Part shown: piece after piece, positions 35,001 through 45,599 of the stretch | Position numbering within the stretch: the stretch's first letter is position 1 | How the letters are laid out: each line of letters starts with the position of its first letter | Assembly: GCA_008369845.1 (NCBI GenBank) | Contig: MRSU01011293.1 | Coordinates: 1-55,089 of the forward strand | Source: Trichomonas gallinae | Lineage: Eukaryota | DNA length: 55,089 nt | Reading direction: 5' to 3' | Translations under genes and position numbers: made by a program | The notes under the pieces: model-generated | What the model was told of the DNA's origin: nothing | Databases searched by the model: none | Seen by the model: only the letters and a program-made list of their open reading frames with translations

Positions 35001-37337
35001 ACAATTATGCATGTTTCATCATCACAATCCAATTCAAGACAAGCAGCTCACAAATTAATTTGTTTAATTTTGTCTTCTGACATTTTCGCTTATGAGGCAC
35101 CGAGAAGTTTGTTTATGTCTACATCCTCTCAGTCTACTTCAGGTTTCATGACACAAGCTGATCAATTCATGTTTTTCGTATCTGAAACAATATATCCAGC
35201 AATTTCTTTCTGCTGCTTCTCAATCTTCTCACAGGACATATCAAGGATCCCATACAGACAGAACGTTTTGCTTGCAACATTCAGATATTTGATTCCAGGA
35301 ATGCTGAAAGAATGCGATGTTTCGCAGTTTGTGCATGCCATGCTCAATCTTGCTACATTCTGCGATCAAACAAAGTCATCAACAGCCCAGGAAATCGCAA
35401 TTTTATGGGAATTAGCATTAAATTCGCTGAAACAATATAATAAAGCGGATCCATCAGAATTATGCAAGATGATCTTCGATTATGGAGTCTCACAGAAAGC
35501 CCTCACAACACCACAGACACAGGCATCAATACAAGGCCTTTGTTCATTATTCAAAGTTTTCCCATATGAAACTGGCGAGTTCATTGTCTCTCATTTCGAG
35601 AAATACAACAGAACAGTACCAGATAGCGCTGAAAAATTCCTCGAATTCCTCGAATCTGAACATATTGATCTAATTCCTTCGACATCTGAAATATTGGCAG
35701 CGAACACATTATCGCAAATCCTCTTGTTAATCCCAACATTCGATTTATTCGAGAAAGTTTTCAGAAAGAAAGTTTTATTAATTTTCTTCTTCTCAATGTT
35801 CAACTATCATCGCCAAGAATTGCAGATTGGCGCATACAGACCATTGCTTGATGTCCTCTTAGATACAGCTTTGTTCAGATTCAATAACGACAGAGTTAAT
35901 ATAACAAATAATCTCAAACTCCTTCAAAAATACTCATTACTCAAAATAGCAACATCACTCGAAGAGCAGTATTCCATAACCACAGTTCCAAGCCGCAGAA
36001 AATTCGCTGGCGACCACGAAACAATCCAAAAAGTTTTGCAAATGATGAGACAGTTCGACCCAGATTTCAAGGACCAGTTCTACAATTTGGTGCTCGCAAA
36101 TGCATTCTTAGCAGCACCAGGAGAAAGAGCAATCGAGCCTTTGGTCATGATGATATCAATGAAAGACACATTCAAGACGAAGACAATATATTTCATGCTG
36201 CTATTTACTTTGTACGCAATCAAGAACAACAGGTCAGATCTTATGGACACTTTAGTCGAATTAATCCAGTCGAGGCTTTTGAACTGCAGCAGCGAAGATT
36301 TGTATAGAGAAGCTGTTCCTGTCATTATCACTTTCCTTGCATATGTAAGGAATGGAAAAGCTGATCGATTTAATTATCACATGATGAAGATGATCAGTGG
36401 AGTTTGCGACAGAGTTGTACAGCACGACAAAGCTGATGAAATCGGAAAAGAGTTGATTGGTTTCTTCGACCAATTCGGAGGCGATGAATATCTTGCTTCG
36501 CTTTTCTATTCGTATATGCAGATGCACGAGAATCTTAACTCTATATCCAGCGAAACAGTCATAGAAGTTTTGTTCAAATTGTCAGATGTCATATCAATGG
36601 ACAGCGAGCGATCAGAAAACATGTGTTTACTCGTTGGCTTGCTTTTAGATGCTTTACGTGTCAATACAACAAAAATCGAATGCCGCGAAATATTGAGTGG
36701 CATGGACTATGATGTACAACATTTCTGCGAATTTTTGGCTGCCACATTTTCAACAAAGCGCAAACAGTTGTTTGTTATCGCGTTCTTCATCTACGCTTAT
36801 AGAAATTTGAAATTCATGAATCCATCAAAAGATTCCGTTGTTGTTTCAATACTTGCTTTGTTTATGGCGAACGCGCAACTTGATTTAGACACAGATTTAT
36901 ATAATAAGACACTGAAATTCGCCAAATTAATCTCGTTCTCGTCTACAGAAGAAGGAATGAAGAGTGGCGCACAGTTATTCACTTTCTTGATCGAACACAT
37001 CAAATATACTCCACCACCTGAAGTTATCAGGATATCAAAGATGGGCTTGAAGCTGTCGAAATTACCTGATTTCAAGGTCGTGAAAGAGTCAAAGCACAAG
37101 AGGAAGGATAGTAATAAAGTGACGCACAGAGCCAGCGCCGACACAACATCACTTGATAAAGTCAACAAAGAGCAGCAGCAGAGAAAGACATTCATAGCAC
37201 AAGCTCACAAACAGGGAAGAGTCGTATATCAGAACGATTTCCCTCAGGGAACATTGTTCACCCTTGGCGTCACTCAAGAGGTCAGCATCATTGATATTAT
37301 GTCTGATTATATTGTTGACAAAGCAAAGAATATTTAA
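32052..37337 (+). CDS. Large HEAT/ARM protein, Furry/Tao3/Mor2 (MOR2-PAG1_N)-like
   Basis: AGNILGLLS...IDGISTLRFELNPIEFAVSTFTFI...WSSKSKHTLFCYTFLVHVL resembles the Furry N-terminal blocks as I recall them; helical repeats throughout. Confidence 0.6.
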   Translation: MEVEKAIFDITDQWNVVLGAKLCGILNLPINDLRNKIEYMVKKFDDIDLGNVMNNGLQAYMTMSPDQLNLMEESTSLLLLTFSNSKQFCDIFNRLFMTSYKLLHISWNDQEQSTNVKALHTDNLNKEVKLDPKQELHYNFFEFSNKFLQKTLSEPEYTIDKINPEIIYLLFNYIHFDQPNMIRKSAGNILGLLSSSYTLLQLIVNRFWYEFNQCKKEDEFRNFSAVIDGISTLRFELNPIEFAVSTFTFINTFIENEKKIERGVLRIKFITAMENIFVRVTKTLDDDHPKYYEMLESVWNIAVRWSSKSKHTLFCYTFLVHVLENTNDIFYNQHVKELCTFLCKFSKDGDVEGLKLLTTFINQIPQKYYETNPAEYKTMMSKDVIPIIFGGSDSKRTLRFVYEDQYDSVLSIIQDVGRKDPSVLVDIFVTILQDEEFTDDHKFVRMVCLRCLGTLCLDVPEKMYQYSDRFSPLIDPLLLQLNPNFLHEQQHAIRTYPAIHSKDEAQNEIISQIIFFLAIGTESFANDAKVSFRTFVEDVVHPEFCGMTPITYINNLIQNIESSTAADSALFMNYLKSIIVSYTVNVSKCSDVEGYVYKFIQDWEKMRMNLDCLLTMLLLHPQEDITQAACELVDVLNAKEILDFDKRCKYNQNNLCTFLASVNSKDIMGKAKEFIEFTPDFAKLFFEKLLNKFEMRRKQTNAPHALKLVKFLLLIAQNNDESFAKLLNIVFSLWAENPQSTEIRAGIDGLNFDLVYAFSDSFFKFKESSKTDLSKQMISCMESISLREQFNQIKEDNALLNIFELFIIGFLGVKVENDKSYFTACERALGVFIRFLKIDIAKLDKIFNTQMLVDTLFSFIINHMKFEFIDNIDQQFPKTLMQMSKVIFSYFRVDITLFEKLTASFLEFTQAHATNEGAITSLVDALTELLKNNPSLLHSYVAQTYTSFDLYNSNFILAIANCFILRKDFLKEYENAAALILFVTIMHVSSSQSNSRQAAHKLICLILSSDIFAYEAPRSLFMSTSSQSTSGFMTQADQFMFFVSETIYPAISFCCFSIFSQDISRIPYRQNVLLATFRYLIPGMLKECDVSQFVHAMLNLATFCDQTKSSTAQEIAILWELALNSLKQYNKADPSELCKMIFDYGVSQKALTTPQTQASIQGLCSLFKVFPYETGEFIVSHFEKYNRTVPDSAEKFLEFLESEHIDLIPSTSEILAANTLSQILLLIPTFDLFEKVFRKKVLLIFFFSMFNYHRQELQIGAYRPLLDVLLDTALFRFNNDRVNITNNLKLLQKYSLLKIATSLEEQYSITTVPSRRKFAGDHETIQKVLQMMRQFDPDFKDQFYNLVLANAFLAAPGERAIEPLVMMISMKDTFKTKTIYFMLLFTLYAIKNNRSDLMDTLVELIQSRLLNCSSEDLYREAVPVIITFLAYVRNGKADRFNYHMMKMISGVCDRVVQHDKADEIGKELIGFFDQFGGDEYLASLFYSYMQMHENLNSISSETVIEVLFKLSDVISMDSERSENMCLLVGLLLDALRVNTTKIECREILSGMDYDVQHFCEFLAATFSTKRKQLFVIAFFIYAYRNLKFMNPSKDSVVVSILALFMANAQLDLDTDLYNKTLKFAKLISFSSTEEGMKSGAQLFTFLIEHIKYTPPPEVIRISKMGLKLSKLPDFKVVKESKHKRKDSNKVTHRASADTTSLDKVNKEQQQRKTFIAQAHKQGRVVYQNDFPQGTLFTLGVTQEVSIIDIMSDYIVDKAKNI

Positions 37338-37913
37338 ACATTTATATATTTTCTTTTAGTTACACAATCTTTTTATTTAAAATACAAACAAAATATAGAA
37401 GTGTTGCAACATCAATTAATACTTTTTTTTTTAGATTATTTCTTGTAAAGAGCTATAAAAAAAAGTATTTTCTTGTGTTACAACATAAAAATCATTATTA
37501 GATTATTGATAACTGACCAAACAAATGATATTAATTAGTCTTTGTGATAGAGATTGGTTAATGTTTGAATATTAATCATTATGACAGAATAATGGAGAGT
37601 AGTACTAAAAATCATGAAGAAGAAGAGATGCAATCATTTGTTCTTGATATTTTAACATAAATGCATCACCGCATATTGATAAAATATCATGATACAGCCT
37701 TGAAAATTCAATGATTTCTTTGATTATGTTTTTTTCCCCTGAATAAACTCTATGTGAACATTTGGCAACGATTTATTTTCTTTTTTTTTCCTTGCTGAAT
37801 ATCAATTCAAAATTGATATGATAATCATCAAATGAATAAAAGATGTTGATATTATAAGCATCTAATAGATATAATGATTTGTTGGAATGAGTGAGATAAT
37901 TGGAAATTAAGAA

Positions 37914-39083
37914 TTAATTTAATTTGTTTTGTACAGCTCTTATTCTTTCAAGGATGTCACATAAGAACTCGTCATTTTCTGTCATTGGCTTTGGTTTTGG
38001 CTCGACTGGCTCTTTCACTTGTTTCTGCTTCTTCTTTGTGTTCTTCTTAACAATACATAATGATCTAAGATGGTCGATGCTTGTTTTAATTGTTTGGAGT
38101 TCGCCAGTTAAAACGTTATGCAGTGATTCAGCAGAATCTTGCAAAGGCTGATATTGAGTATTAGCAATTAGTGAGTTTATGCGGTCAATTGTATTCTGTA
38201 GGTCCTGAAGATCATTGGAGGTCGAAGGATTCTGGTGTTCGAGGAAAATTTGCTTTAAATTATTTTGCGCGTTTGTAATTCTTTGCTTCTTTCTTTGGAA
38301 CAGTTCCTCTTCAATGTCAAGCTGGTTTGCAAGCGATTCGACCTCCATTGATCGTAAATTTGGAGATGGAATCGATGCAGTTGCTATTCGATCAAAATAT
38401 ATCTTGTAAGCCATTATCTTCTCAGACCTTTCGATTTTAAGCTCACCTAAAGGCATTTTCAGACTATTATCAATTAAATAATTTGAATTTGTAAGCTGTT
38501 GATCAAGTTCATTCACTTTTTCTGGTGATAATGATGAAACTGGCATATTTGAGTCTGCTACTTGAAGCATTTTCCTAACCAGAGCAAGATGTGCGTCAAT
38601 TGATGCATTAATCGATGTTGTATTGGATAAAGAAGGTCTATGATAAGACTGAAGCTCTTCGTTGACTACATTTTGTATTTCTTGAGGAATAGAAAGAACA
38701 AAAGCGTTTAATTGAGAATCTTCTTCTGCCGTTTGCGATATTTGATATTTGAACTCAGAGATGAACTCATTTTTCAGGTATTCTATTGATTTTTCAGCGT
38801 ATTTAAGAATATTTGCTTCTAATTCGGATAACGATTTTGGTGTTTCGTGAATTTGTGGAGTTTCAGGCTTTTTCGATGCAATGGAAGCTGGAGGAGGCGA
38901 TAATTGATCTGAGTCTAATGAAATAATATCAATGTTTTTAGGTTTTGTTGCATTATTTATTTTTGGAGGCCGTTTTTTCTGCATTTCTTTCTTTCTCTGC
39001 GACGGGAGAACAAAAGGAAGATCATTTGAGTTGTCTGTTTCTTCAAGTAAAGCATTTAACAGTTGATCTTCGCTATTATTCAT
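37914..39083 (-). CDS. Hypothetical coiled-coil protein
   Basis: 389-codon ORF with ATG start; Q/E/L heptads and Pro/Ser-rich N-terminus. Confidence 0.75.
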   Translation of the reverse strand: MNNSEDQLLNALLEETDNSNDLPFVLPSQRKKEMQKKRPPKINNATKPKNIDIISLDSDQLSPPPASIASKKPETPQIHETPKSLSELEANILKYAEKSIEYLKNEFISEFKYQISQTAEEDSQLNAFVLSIPQEIQNVVNEELQSYHRPSLSNTTSINASIDAHLALVRKMLQVADSNMPVSSLSPEKVNELDQQLTNSNYLIDNSLKMPLGELKIERSEKIMAYKIYFDRIATASIPSPNLRSMEVESLANQLDIEEELFQRKKQRITNAQNNLKQIFLEHQNPSTSNDLQDLQNTIDRINSLIANTQYQPLQDSAESLHNVLTGELQTIKTSIDHLRSLCIVKKNTKKKQKQVKEPVEPKPKPMTENDEFLCDILERIRAVQNKLN

Positions 39084-39103
39084 TTTTTATAAACGTAATC
39101 TAA

Positions 39104-39230
39104 CTTTACATGACAAAATTTTATAAAGTGTCAAAAATGAAATTTACATGACACAATTTACAAAAGTCAAAAATAAAACTTACATGTCAAATCTTATAAA
39201 ATGTCAAAAACAAATTTACATGACAAATTT
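39104..39230. repeat. ~37-bp tandem repeat (about 3.5 copies) TTTACATGACAAAwTTTATAAA.TGTCAAAAA
   Basis: TTACATGwCA occurs four times and GTCAAAAA three times directly upstream of the 39083(-) gene. Confidence 0.8.
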
Positions 39231-39701
39231 GAATCAATATTTTTTTTCACCTAGACATTATTGAATCACTAACGGACGCGCTAGAACATAATATATTATC
39301 AAAATAATAATGTAATTTTTAGTAAAATTCAGCTCATTGATGAGCTACATTTATTTAGGTAAATATGTAAATGTTACTCTCTATCATAACAAATGAAAGA
39401 CATGTTGTATGTATTGAATGGAATTTCATTCTTTTTTTTCTATCTCTTGTGAAATATGTTACGAATATTTGAGTGAGATTATTGCTAACTGATATTCCTC
39501 TTGAAATATCTTTATTCTGCGATTTCTTCTTGAAAATGAAATGCCTCACGAAAAGTATTGCAATTCCTCATTGTATTGAAGCCCTTCAAACTGAATCAAT
39601 TTAGAATTCAGCAAATTTGCTACTGTTAGATGATTTTTTGTGACAATAGACTGGATCTAAGCGTCCATTTTTTCGCATTACATCAAAGATAAACTTTTAA
39701 T

Positions 39702-40511
39702 TTATTTCATTCTCATGAATAATTCTTTTTGCTGCTTTTGTGCGAGTGCATCGTTGATCTTTTGAATTGTCTCTAAAATGAGTGCATCGAGTTCTTCACA
39801 CATATCCTCTGTTTCTACTTTGTATTCATTTGCTCCATTTTGATATTCTGCGAGTCCTGCTTGAATTTTCTCGATTATTTCTTTATGATTCGTTTTTTCG
39901 TCTCTTGCAATTGAGTCACTCTTCGATGCACGAAGGAGGATGTCGTTTGCACTCTGCTTGCTTTTATTTATCGAATATGTCTTGAAAATATCCTTTTGGT
40001 TCACGATATCTTTTTGAATCTGTAAAATATCTTCTTGGACAGATTTTGATGACGAAATTTCAGTCTCAATAACATTATTGCGCTGTCTCAGTTGCTCTGC
40101 TTCTTCCTGTGAGTTTCTAACATCATCAATCAATCGCATTTGTTCGTTATATAGTGTAATAATTTCAGATTTTAACTCTTCAGCCTTCCAATAAGCGTCA
40201 GATGTAAGGAGACGTGTTAATTCTCTTTGTCTGTCGTTTCTAGTGTTTTTAATTTTTTCAAGAGCTGCTTTTAAGTTTTTTATTTTGCTTTTCGATGCTG
40301 TTGAGAGTTTCTGTTGCGATTTTGGAAGAATCATCGCTTTATTAATTGCAACATCTCTCTCAGAAAGAGTTTGTCTTAATTTTGCCGTTTTTGCTTTGAT
40401 AATGCGTATTTTTCTCGATGCTTCTTGACTCTCCATCTTGAGCTTGGACAGGAGCTCCTCGGAAATTGAATTCCGTTGAGATAACGGAATCGACGGCAGC
40501 GAGTTCCTCAT
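39702..40511 (-). CDS. Hypothetical coiled-coil protein
   Basis: Continuous heptad pattern; ATG at 40511 directly follows Inr GTCACTTTT; stop in TAAA context. Confidence 0.78.
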   Translation of the reverse strand: MRNSLPSIPLSQRNSISEELLSKLKMESQEASRKIRIIKAKTAKLRQTLSERDVAINKAMILPKSQQKLSTASKSKIKNLKAALEKIKNTRNDRQRELTRLLTSDAYWKAEELKSEIITLYNEQMRLIDDVRNSQEEAEQLRQRNNVIETEISSSKSVQEDILQIQKDIVNQKDIFKTYSINKSKQSANDILLRASKSDSIARDEKTNHKEIIEKIQAGLAEYQNGANEYKVETEDMCEELDALILETIQKINDALAQKQQKELFMRMK

Positions 40512-40750
40512 TAAAAGTGACAAACAATTTTTGTTTTTTCTACAATCAAATGATAATCTATGATTTTTGTACTATTTATAGTTTTTCTTATTGCCCAGAT
40601 GGATATAATATTGATATAATTCCTATATTTCAACATTTTGTAATTTTTTTGGTATTTTTTCAATTTTATTTGAGTTTTAATGAAAATTATTTTGGGTATT
40701 TCTATATATTTTTCTGCTTTATCTAATCATATGATTAATTTATTCCATTT

Positions 40751-41436
40751 TTAAAATAATTCATAAAATGTGAGAAGGAGTTTGATAACTTCATGATGGC
40801 CTTTTGATGAAGCAAAAATCAAAGCTGTGTTGTTTAATATATTTTTGCGTTGGCAACGATTCCAGGAACTGTGAAAAGGAGTTTGACAACTTCATGATGG
40901 TCATAGATTGAAGCCCAAATCAAAGCTGTATTGACATCAAAATGTGGGATTTTGGAAAAATATTTTGAGATTTATTTGGCTCTTTATCTCGTGTATAATC
41001 AATACCATATTCTATCATAAAACGAATAAGGTTGATATTGTTATTTTCCAATGAGTAAGAAAATATATCTTTATCTCGTGCAGGATTTAATTGACAAAGC
41101 CACTCCATCGTTTTCTTCAGCAATTTTGTTCAAAATGTCATAAATTGGATCAAAACTATAGTTACAAACAGCTTACAAAGCTTTGATATTCTTGTTAATT
41201 TTTTGTTTGTTTCTGTAGAATGAATTCTCAATGATCTCAACAATTGAATCAAAGCTGAGTAAATCCAGAATTTTTGTTATATCGATATCCCTAATTTCTC
41301 CAAAATCGAGTCTGTCTACAATTTCATATTTAGATCTTTTCAGTTGAAAACATGATCTTCGTGCTTTTCAAACATGCACAGAGTTCCTCCTTATGTAGCC
41401 TATTGATTGAATATCTGTAGCATTGATAGAGTCCAT
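40751..41436 (-). pseudogene. Frameshifted ankyrin-repeat pseudogene, same family as 16230-17273
   Basis: Minus strand encodes NTALIWASIYDHHEVVKLLFTVPGIVANAK and, after a frameshift, NNTALIFASSKGHHEVIKLLL. DNA is similar to 17020-17165 (ACAGCTTTGATTTTTGCTTCA shared). An early TGA follows ATG 41436. Confidence 0.8.
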
Positions 41437-42045
41437 TTATAATAAAATTTGCTGGTAAATTTTTGGCAAAAGTCGTCAATTTTTAGTTGTTAATCATGCT
41501 CTGCAATATATGGTTTTAATGATGAAATATTCTGATATATGCTATTTGATTTTTGATAGCATTATGTTTTGATTCTAATTAAAATGACTTTTTGCACTTA
41601 TAAAAACATTTCAATACACTCTTGTCTAAAAATACCTATATGTTTCTGTTCCAATTTTTATTAAATATCTTTAAACTGCGTTTCAAAAGGCCGGCCCGAC
41701 CAACCAATTGAACATTCTCATAAAATTATTTAATGAGTTCCAATATTTACATAAGTAGTTATATTTTCAACGAGAGAGTTCCTCGTTTAAACATGTATTT
41801 TAACTTGTTATATCAAATGTATACACGGTTATGCCAAAATTCACGTAATCATTCTTAAAATATAAGCATTGCTAATGAATATTTATTCAATATAAGTGTA
41901 TATATATATATATATAATATCAAGTCACACGCATCTATAAGGCAATATTCAGTGAATCATGTGTTTATATTTAAATAACAAAGCCGATGCTAACAATATA
42001 TAGTTGTATGATAAAGATCTGTATTTTTACTAGCATTTTTTTTTG

Positions 42046-42750
42046 ATGCCAAAAAATGATATATTTCGTTTGTTAAAAGATAATCTTAGACTCGCACAGA
42101 ATTCATATTATTATCCACTTGTTCAAGCAACGATTCATTTTGCCATCATTGTGCTGTGCTGCGCTGCATATTATTCACCATATAATTTATCTCGATTTGG
42201 ATACTTATTTGCCGCAGTTTACGAGTATTACACAGGAATTACAGAAGTTATATTAGCTGAAAAGATCAACTTTAATACAATTTACTTAAATTATCATCTT
42301 CATCTTGGATTTATGTTAGGATCTTATACGAAATACAGAATTGTTTCATTAGTATACTTGGCGTTTTGTATTTTATACTATAGCAAACAACTTATTGCCT
42401 TTTTAGATAATCAATTTTTCCCAGTTGAAATGAATAAGATCAAAGAAGCACACCAAGAATATGTTGAACACCATGAATATGCAGTTATCGTTACAGAACT
42501 ATTGAGTCCTGCTGAATTGATTTTATATTCAATGATTTCTAAGCGTCATGCAAATTACACATTGACAGCAATAGAGTACCTTGTTGCAATATTACCATTT
42601 AAGTATTATTTCAATGAAAAACACAAAGAAATTTGGGGAAAGATTTCGAGATATTTTGCTGGACCAACATTTGAGCATTTAAAGGGTATTATACATAGAA
42701 TTGCCGTTTTCATTATTATGCTTGACGAAACAAAACAAAAGATCGATTAA
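42046..42750 (+). CDS. Multi-pass membrane protein, possibly TMEM33/Pom33-like
   Basis: Four to five hydrophobic segments and C-terminal FKYYFNEKHKEIW amphipathic helix. Family assignment is weak. Confidence 0.55.
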   Translation: MPKNDIFRLLKDNLRLAQNSYYYPLVQATIHFAIIVLCCAAYYSPYNLSRFGYLFAAVYEYYTGITEVILAEKINFNTIYLNYHLHLGFMLGSYTKYRIVSLVYLAFCILYYSKQLIAFLDNQFFPVEMNKIKEAHQEYVEHHEYAVIVTELLSPAELILYSMISKRHANYTLTAIEYLVAILPFKYYFNEKHKEIWGKISRYFAGPTFEHLKGIIHRIAVFIIMLDETKQKID

Positions 42751-42891
42751 TTTTCCAATTTATTTTATATTTTGTTTTTTATCTCCTCTTTAGAACTTTA
42801 TCATGGATTATTCTTCTTTACTGATATAAATGCCATAATATTTCATTATATTTTTGATATAATATAAAATATATCATTAGATTAGTTTCAT

Positions 42892-42894
<3 letters not shown>

Positions 42895-42924
<30 letters not shown>
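42895..42924. repeat. (TA)n microsatellite
   Basis: About 14 AT dinucleotides; a shorter tract lies near 41899-41915. Confidence 0.9.
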
Positions 42925-42927
<3 letters not shown>

Positions 42928-43442
42928 CAAGATGGCTCTAAGTTTAAAGTATCTTAGTCATAAATAACACAGTTTAAAAAATTATTAATTAAATTTCTTC
43001 AATAAACTAATACTAGTCTAATTCAATGACAAATATGAATTCATTGTCATGTTAGAGAGGTCTTTTTATAATAATAAATTTCGATCATATTCAATTTTGA
43101 AAATGATTATTAAAGTACCGCAAGCTGTAATCATTAAAATATTCGAATAGATGAACTTGTTTCCAAATAAAGATGAATTCTTTTGCTTTAGATAAATTCT
43201 ATTGAAAAAATTAATTGAAAATAAAGCTAATCTGCTACAGCCATGATATAAACTTTTTCAAGCAATGATCAAAGGATGCGAAATATGTTTGGATTTAAAA
43301 AAATTCTAATGATATTAGTTGAGAATATACCTAATTTACTACAACTATAATTTAAGCTTTCTAATGTGATGACCATAACCTAAAAAATAAGTTTGCATTA
43401 GAAAAATTATATTGAAGAAATTATTCAAAAATAAAACTAATA

Positions 43443-43715
43443 TGCTATATTATTAGTATAAGCTATATATAGGCTTCAATAAAAACATATGAATTCTATT
43501 GATTGAGAAAAAAAAAAAAATCAATTGCTGAAATTAGACAAAATTAAAGCAAATTTGCTATATTATTAGTATAAGCTATTTATTGGCTGAGACAAAGGCA
43601 GATGAATTCTATTGATTGAGAAATATAGTTCTATTGATGAAATTAGACAAAATTAAAGCAAATTTGCTATAGTATAAGTATAAGCATTCTAAAGCTGCAA
43701 CGAAAGCAGATAAAT
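43443..43715. repeat. ~110-bp tandem repeat (about 2.5 copies) upstream of SCAMP
   Basis: TGCTATAtTAT.AGTATAAGC at 43443, 43556, 43665. TGAAATTAGACAAAATTAAAGCAAATTTGCTAT and ATGAATTCTATTGATTGAGAAA each occur twice. Confidence 0.85.
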
Positions 43716-43820
43716 AAATTTGGATTAAAAAAAAATGTGTCAAATTTTCTATAAAAAGCAAAAACCGATGGAATATCTAACAATTTCCAAAAGTGACAAC
43801 AAGTAAAACTAAATTTGTCA

Positions 43821-44468
43821 ATGGACGCGCAGGAAAGATACGCTCGCATTCAGCAAAAGGAGGAGGAGCTTAAGCGCCGTGAGGCAAACCTCAGAGAACA
43901 GCAGCTTGGTATTGACGAGGATAGAAAGCCAAACTGGCCTCCATGCTGCCCATTTGTCTATCACAATATCACTGAAGAAATTCCAGTCAGATTGATGGCC
44001 GCCTGCAAGATCGCTTACTTGTCACAGGCTCTCTGGGCTCTCGCTCTTATTTTTAATTGCCTTGCCGCTTTCGGTGTTAAAGGTATGCCATCAGCTTATT
44101 CTATATCAAAGTATATTGTTTTCAGCATTATTTTCGCTGTTCTTGGCATTCCTCTTGCTTTTAGAGTCAACTACATGAAATTCTACGATCAATGCAAGAA
44201 GGAAGACCTTACCCTCGGCTGGTTCTTGCTTCAAGTCATCTTCTTCGCCCTCAACGCCGTTGCTGCTGTTGCTCCACCAGCTTCCGGCCTTTGCGGAATT
44301 CTCTTTGTCATTGATGCCTACTCTTCTGGCAGCGGATATGTTAAGATCGTCGGCACAATCTCTGCATGTCTTTGGGTTTTGTCTACACTCGCACAGGGCT
44401 TCATTGGCTCTAAGGCTTTCGTTTTATACAAGGGCAAGAGCGGAAATACAGCTCCAACAACAGCTTAA
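43821..44468 (+). CDS. SCAMP: Secretory carrier membrane protein (SCAMP) family
   Basis: EEELKRRE coiled segment, KPNWPP..PFVYHNI.EEIP, four TM helices; no N-terminal NPF repeats. Confidence 0.88.
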   Translation: MDAQERYARIQQKEEELKRREANLREQQLGIDEDRKPNWPPCCPFVYHNITEEIPVRLMAACKIAYLSQALWALALIFNCLAAFGVKGMPSAYSISKYIVFSIIFAVLGIPLAFRVNYMKFYDQCKKEDLTLGWFLLQVIFFALNAVAAVAPPASGLCGILFVIDAYSSGSGYVKIVGTISACLWVLSTLAQGFIGSKAFVLYKGKSGNTAPTTA

Positions 44469-44738
44469 ATTATTTCTTTTTCTTTAACAGGTAAAATTTC
44501 TTTATTACTTCTCTAAAATAATCAAGTTGTTTTATTTTCTAAATATAAATTAAATTTCGTATTAAAGATTTCACATTATTCAAGCTGTAGACATAACCAG
44601 CAGATTAGTAAAACAAAAACTAAATCATAGCCACGAATTCGCAGATTATTGACAATAAATTTTTCTTTTTACTACAAATAAATAACTGGTGAATAATATA
44701 GCCTAGCTCCTAAATCTATAAAATATTTATATTAGAGA

Positions 44739-45599
44739 TCATAAATTGAACTTTTGTTTGATTAATGTTACAATACTGTGAGTTACACTTGTATGTTCGA
44801 CATCAAAGCTCAATCCTTCGATAGTTCTCTCTTGTTTTCCTGTAACTGCATCATATGAACCTTGAAAAATCATTTTGTCAACCATTTCAGATTGTTTTCC
44901 ACACAGTTCAACGAAGTCTTGAGCTGCTTCTCTACTATCTGTTAAAGCGATCAGAGCTGCTGCAAGTGCTATGCCACCCCAGTTGCAACAGCCAGACATA
45001 ATTAAAGTATCGCATAATGTTAGGGCAACGTTTTCTGTTTTCGCTATGCAATCTAAATTTCCAGCTCCACACTCTTGGAGGCGATCACAGATACTAATAA
45101 CTTTATAAGATAAAGGATTTTCATTGATATGTGTTTCTAAAAGTTGATCAAGTTTAACAACTGCGTCTGATATGTCTTCACCGAGCTGTGATATGTAGCT
45201 ATTCGAATTCTTACACTTGGATGGCCGACCAATTGTAACAAGGAAAGAAAGATCGCGATCTATTTTCTCTACCGAATCTAAAATGTTTAGTGGGCACTTC
45301 ATGCATGCCATTAAAACAACAATAGCTGCATTTGAGTCTGTTAATACTTCTGTTTTGTATCCAAGATTTCTGAGGGTGCTACATAGGATAGAAGCACCTA
45401 TTGGACCGTCAAGTTCGCAATTTCCATTCATACAGCAGGCCCCTGTTAAGATATAAGATAATTTATTTTTATCGCACGCGAGAATCATTCTAGCCGCTTC
45501 ACCAATACTTCCAACCATCCACTCTTTGGATGATATAAAGTTCTGTGGATCGATGAAGACAATTGATTCAAGATCTTCTAGAAATTCATTATTATCCAT
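44739..45599 (-). CDS. D-glutamate cyclase-like (DUF4392) protein, divergent
   Basis: ILTG, ELDGPIGA (cf. ETDGPPGA), IGRPS, SICDRLQECGAGN (cf. GIGDGGNE.GMG), GCCNWGG, DAVTG...IEGL. Confidence 0.7.
   Translation of the reverse strand: MDNNEFLEDLESIVFIDPQNFISSKEWMVGSIGEAARMILACDKNKLSYILTGACCMNGNCELDGPIGASILCSTLRNLGYKTEVLTDSNAAIVVLMACMKCPLNILDSVEKIDRDLSFLVTIGRPSKCKNSNSYISQLGEDISDAVVKLDQLLETHINENPLSYKVISICDRLQECGAGNLDCIAKTENVALTLCDTLIMSGCCNWGGIALAAALIALTDSREAAQDFVELCGKQSEMVDKMIFQGSYDAVTGKQERTIEGLSFDVEHTSVTHSIVTLIKQKFNL

Noticed and set aside
6996..37337. Cytoskeleton gene cluster (TBCD, TTLL, Furry-like)
   Set aside because: Genes are far apart, interspersed with unrelated genes, and TTLLs are a large family.
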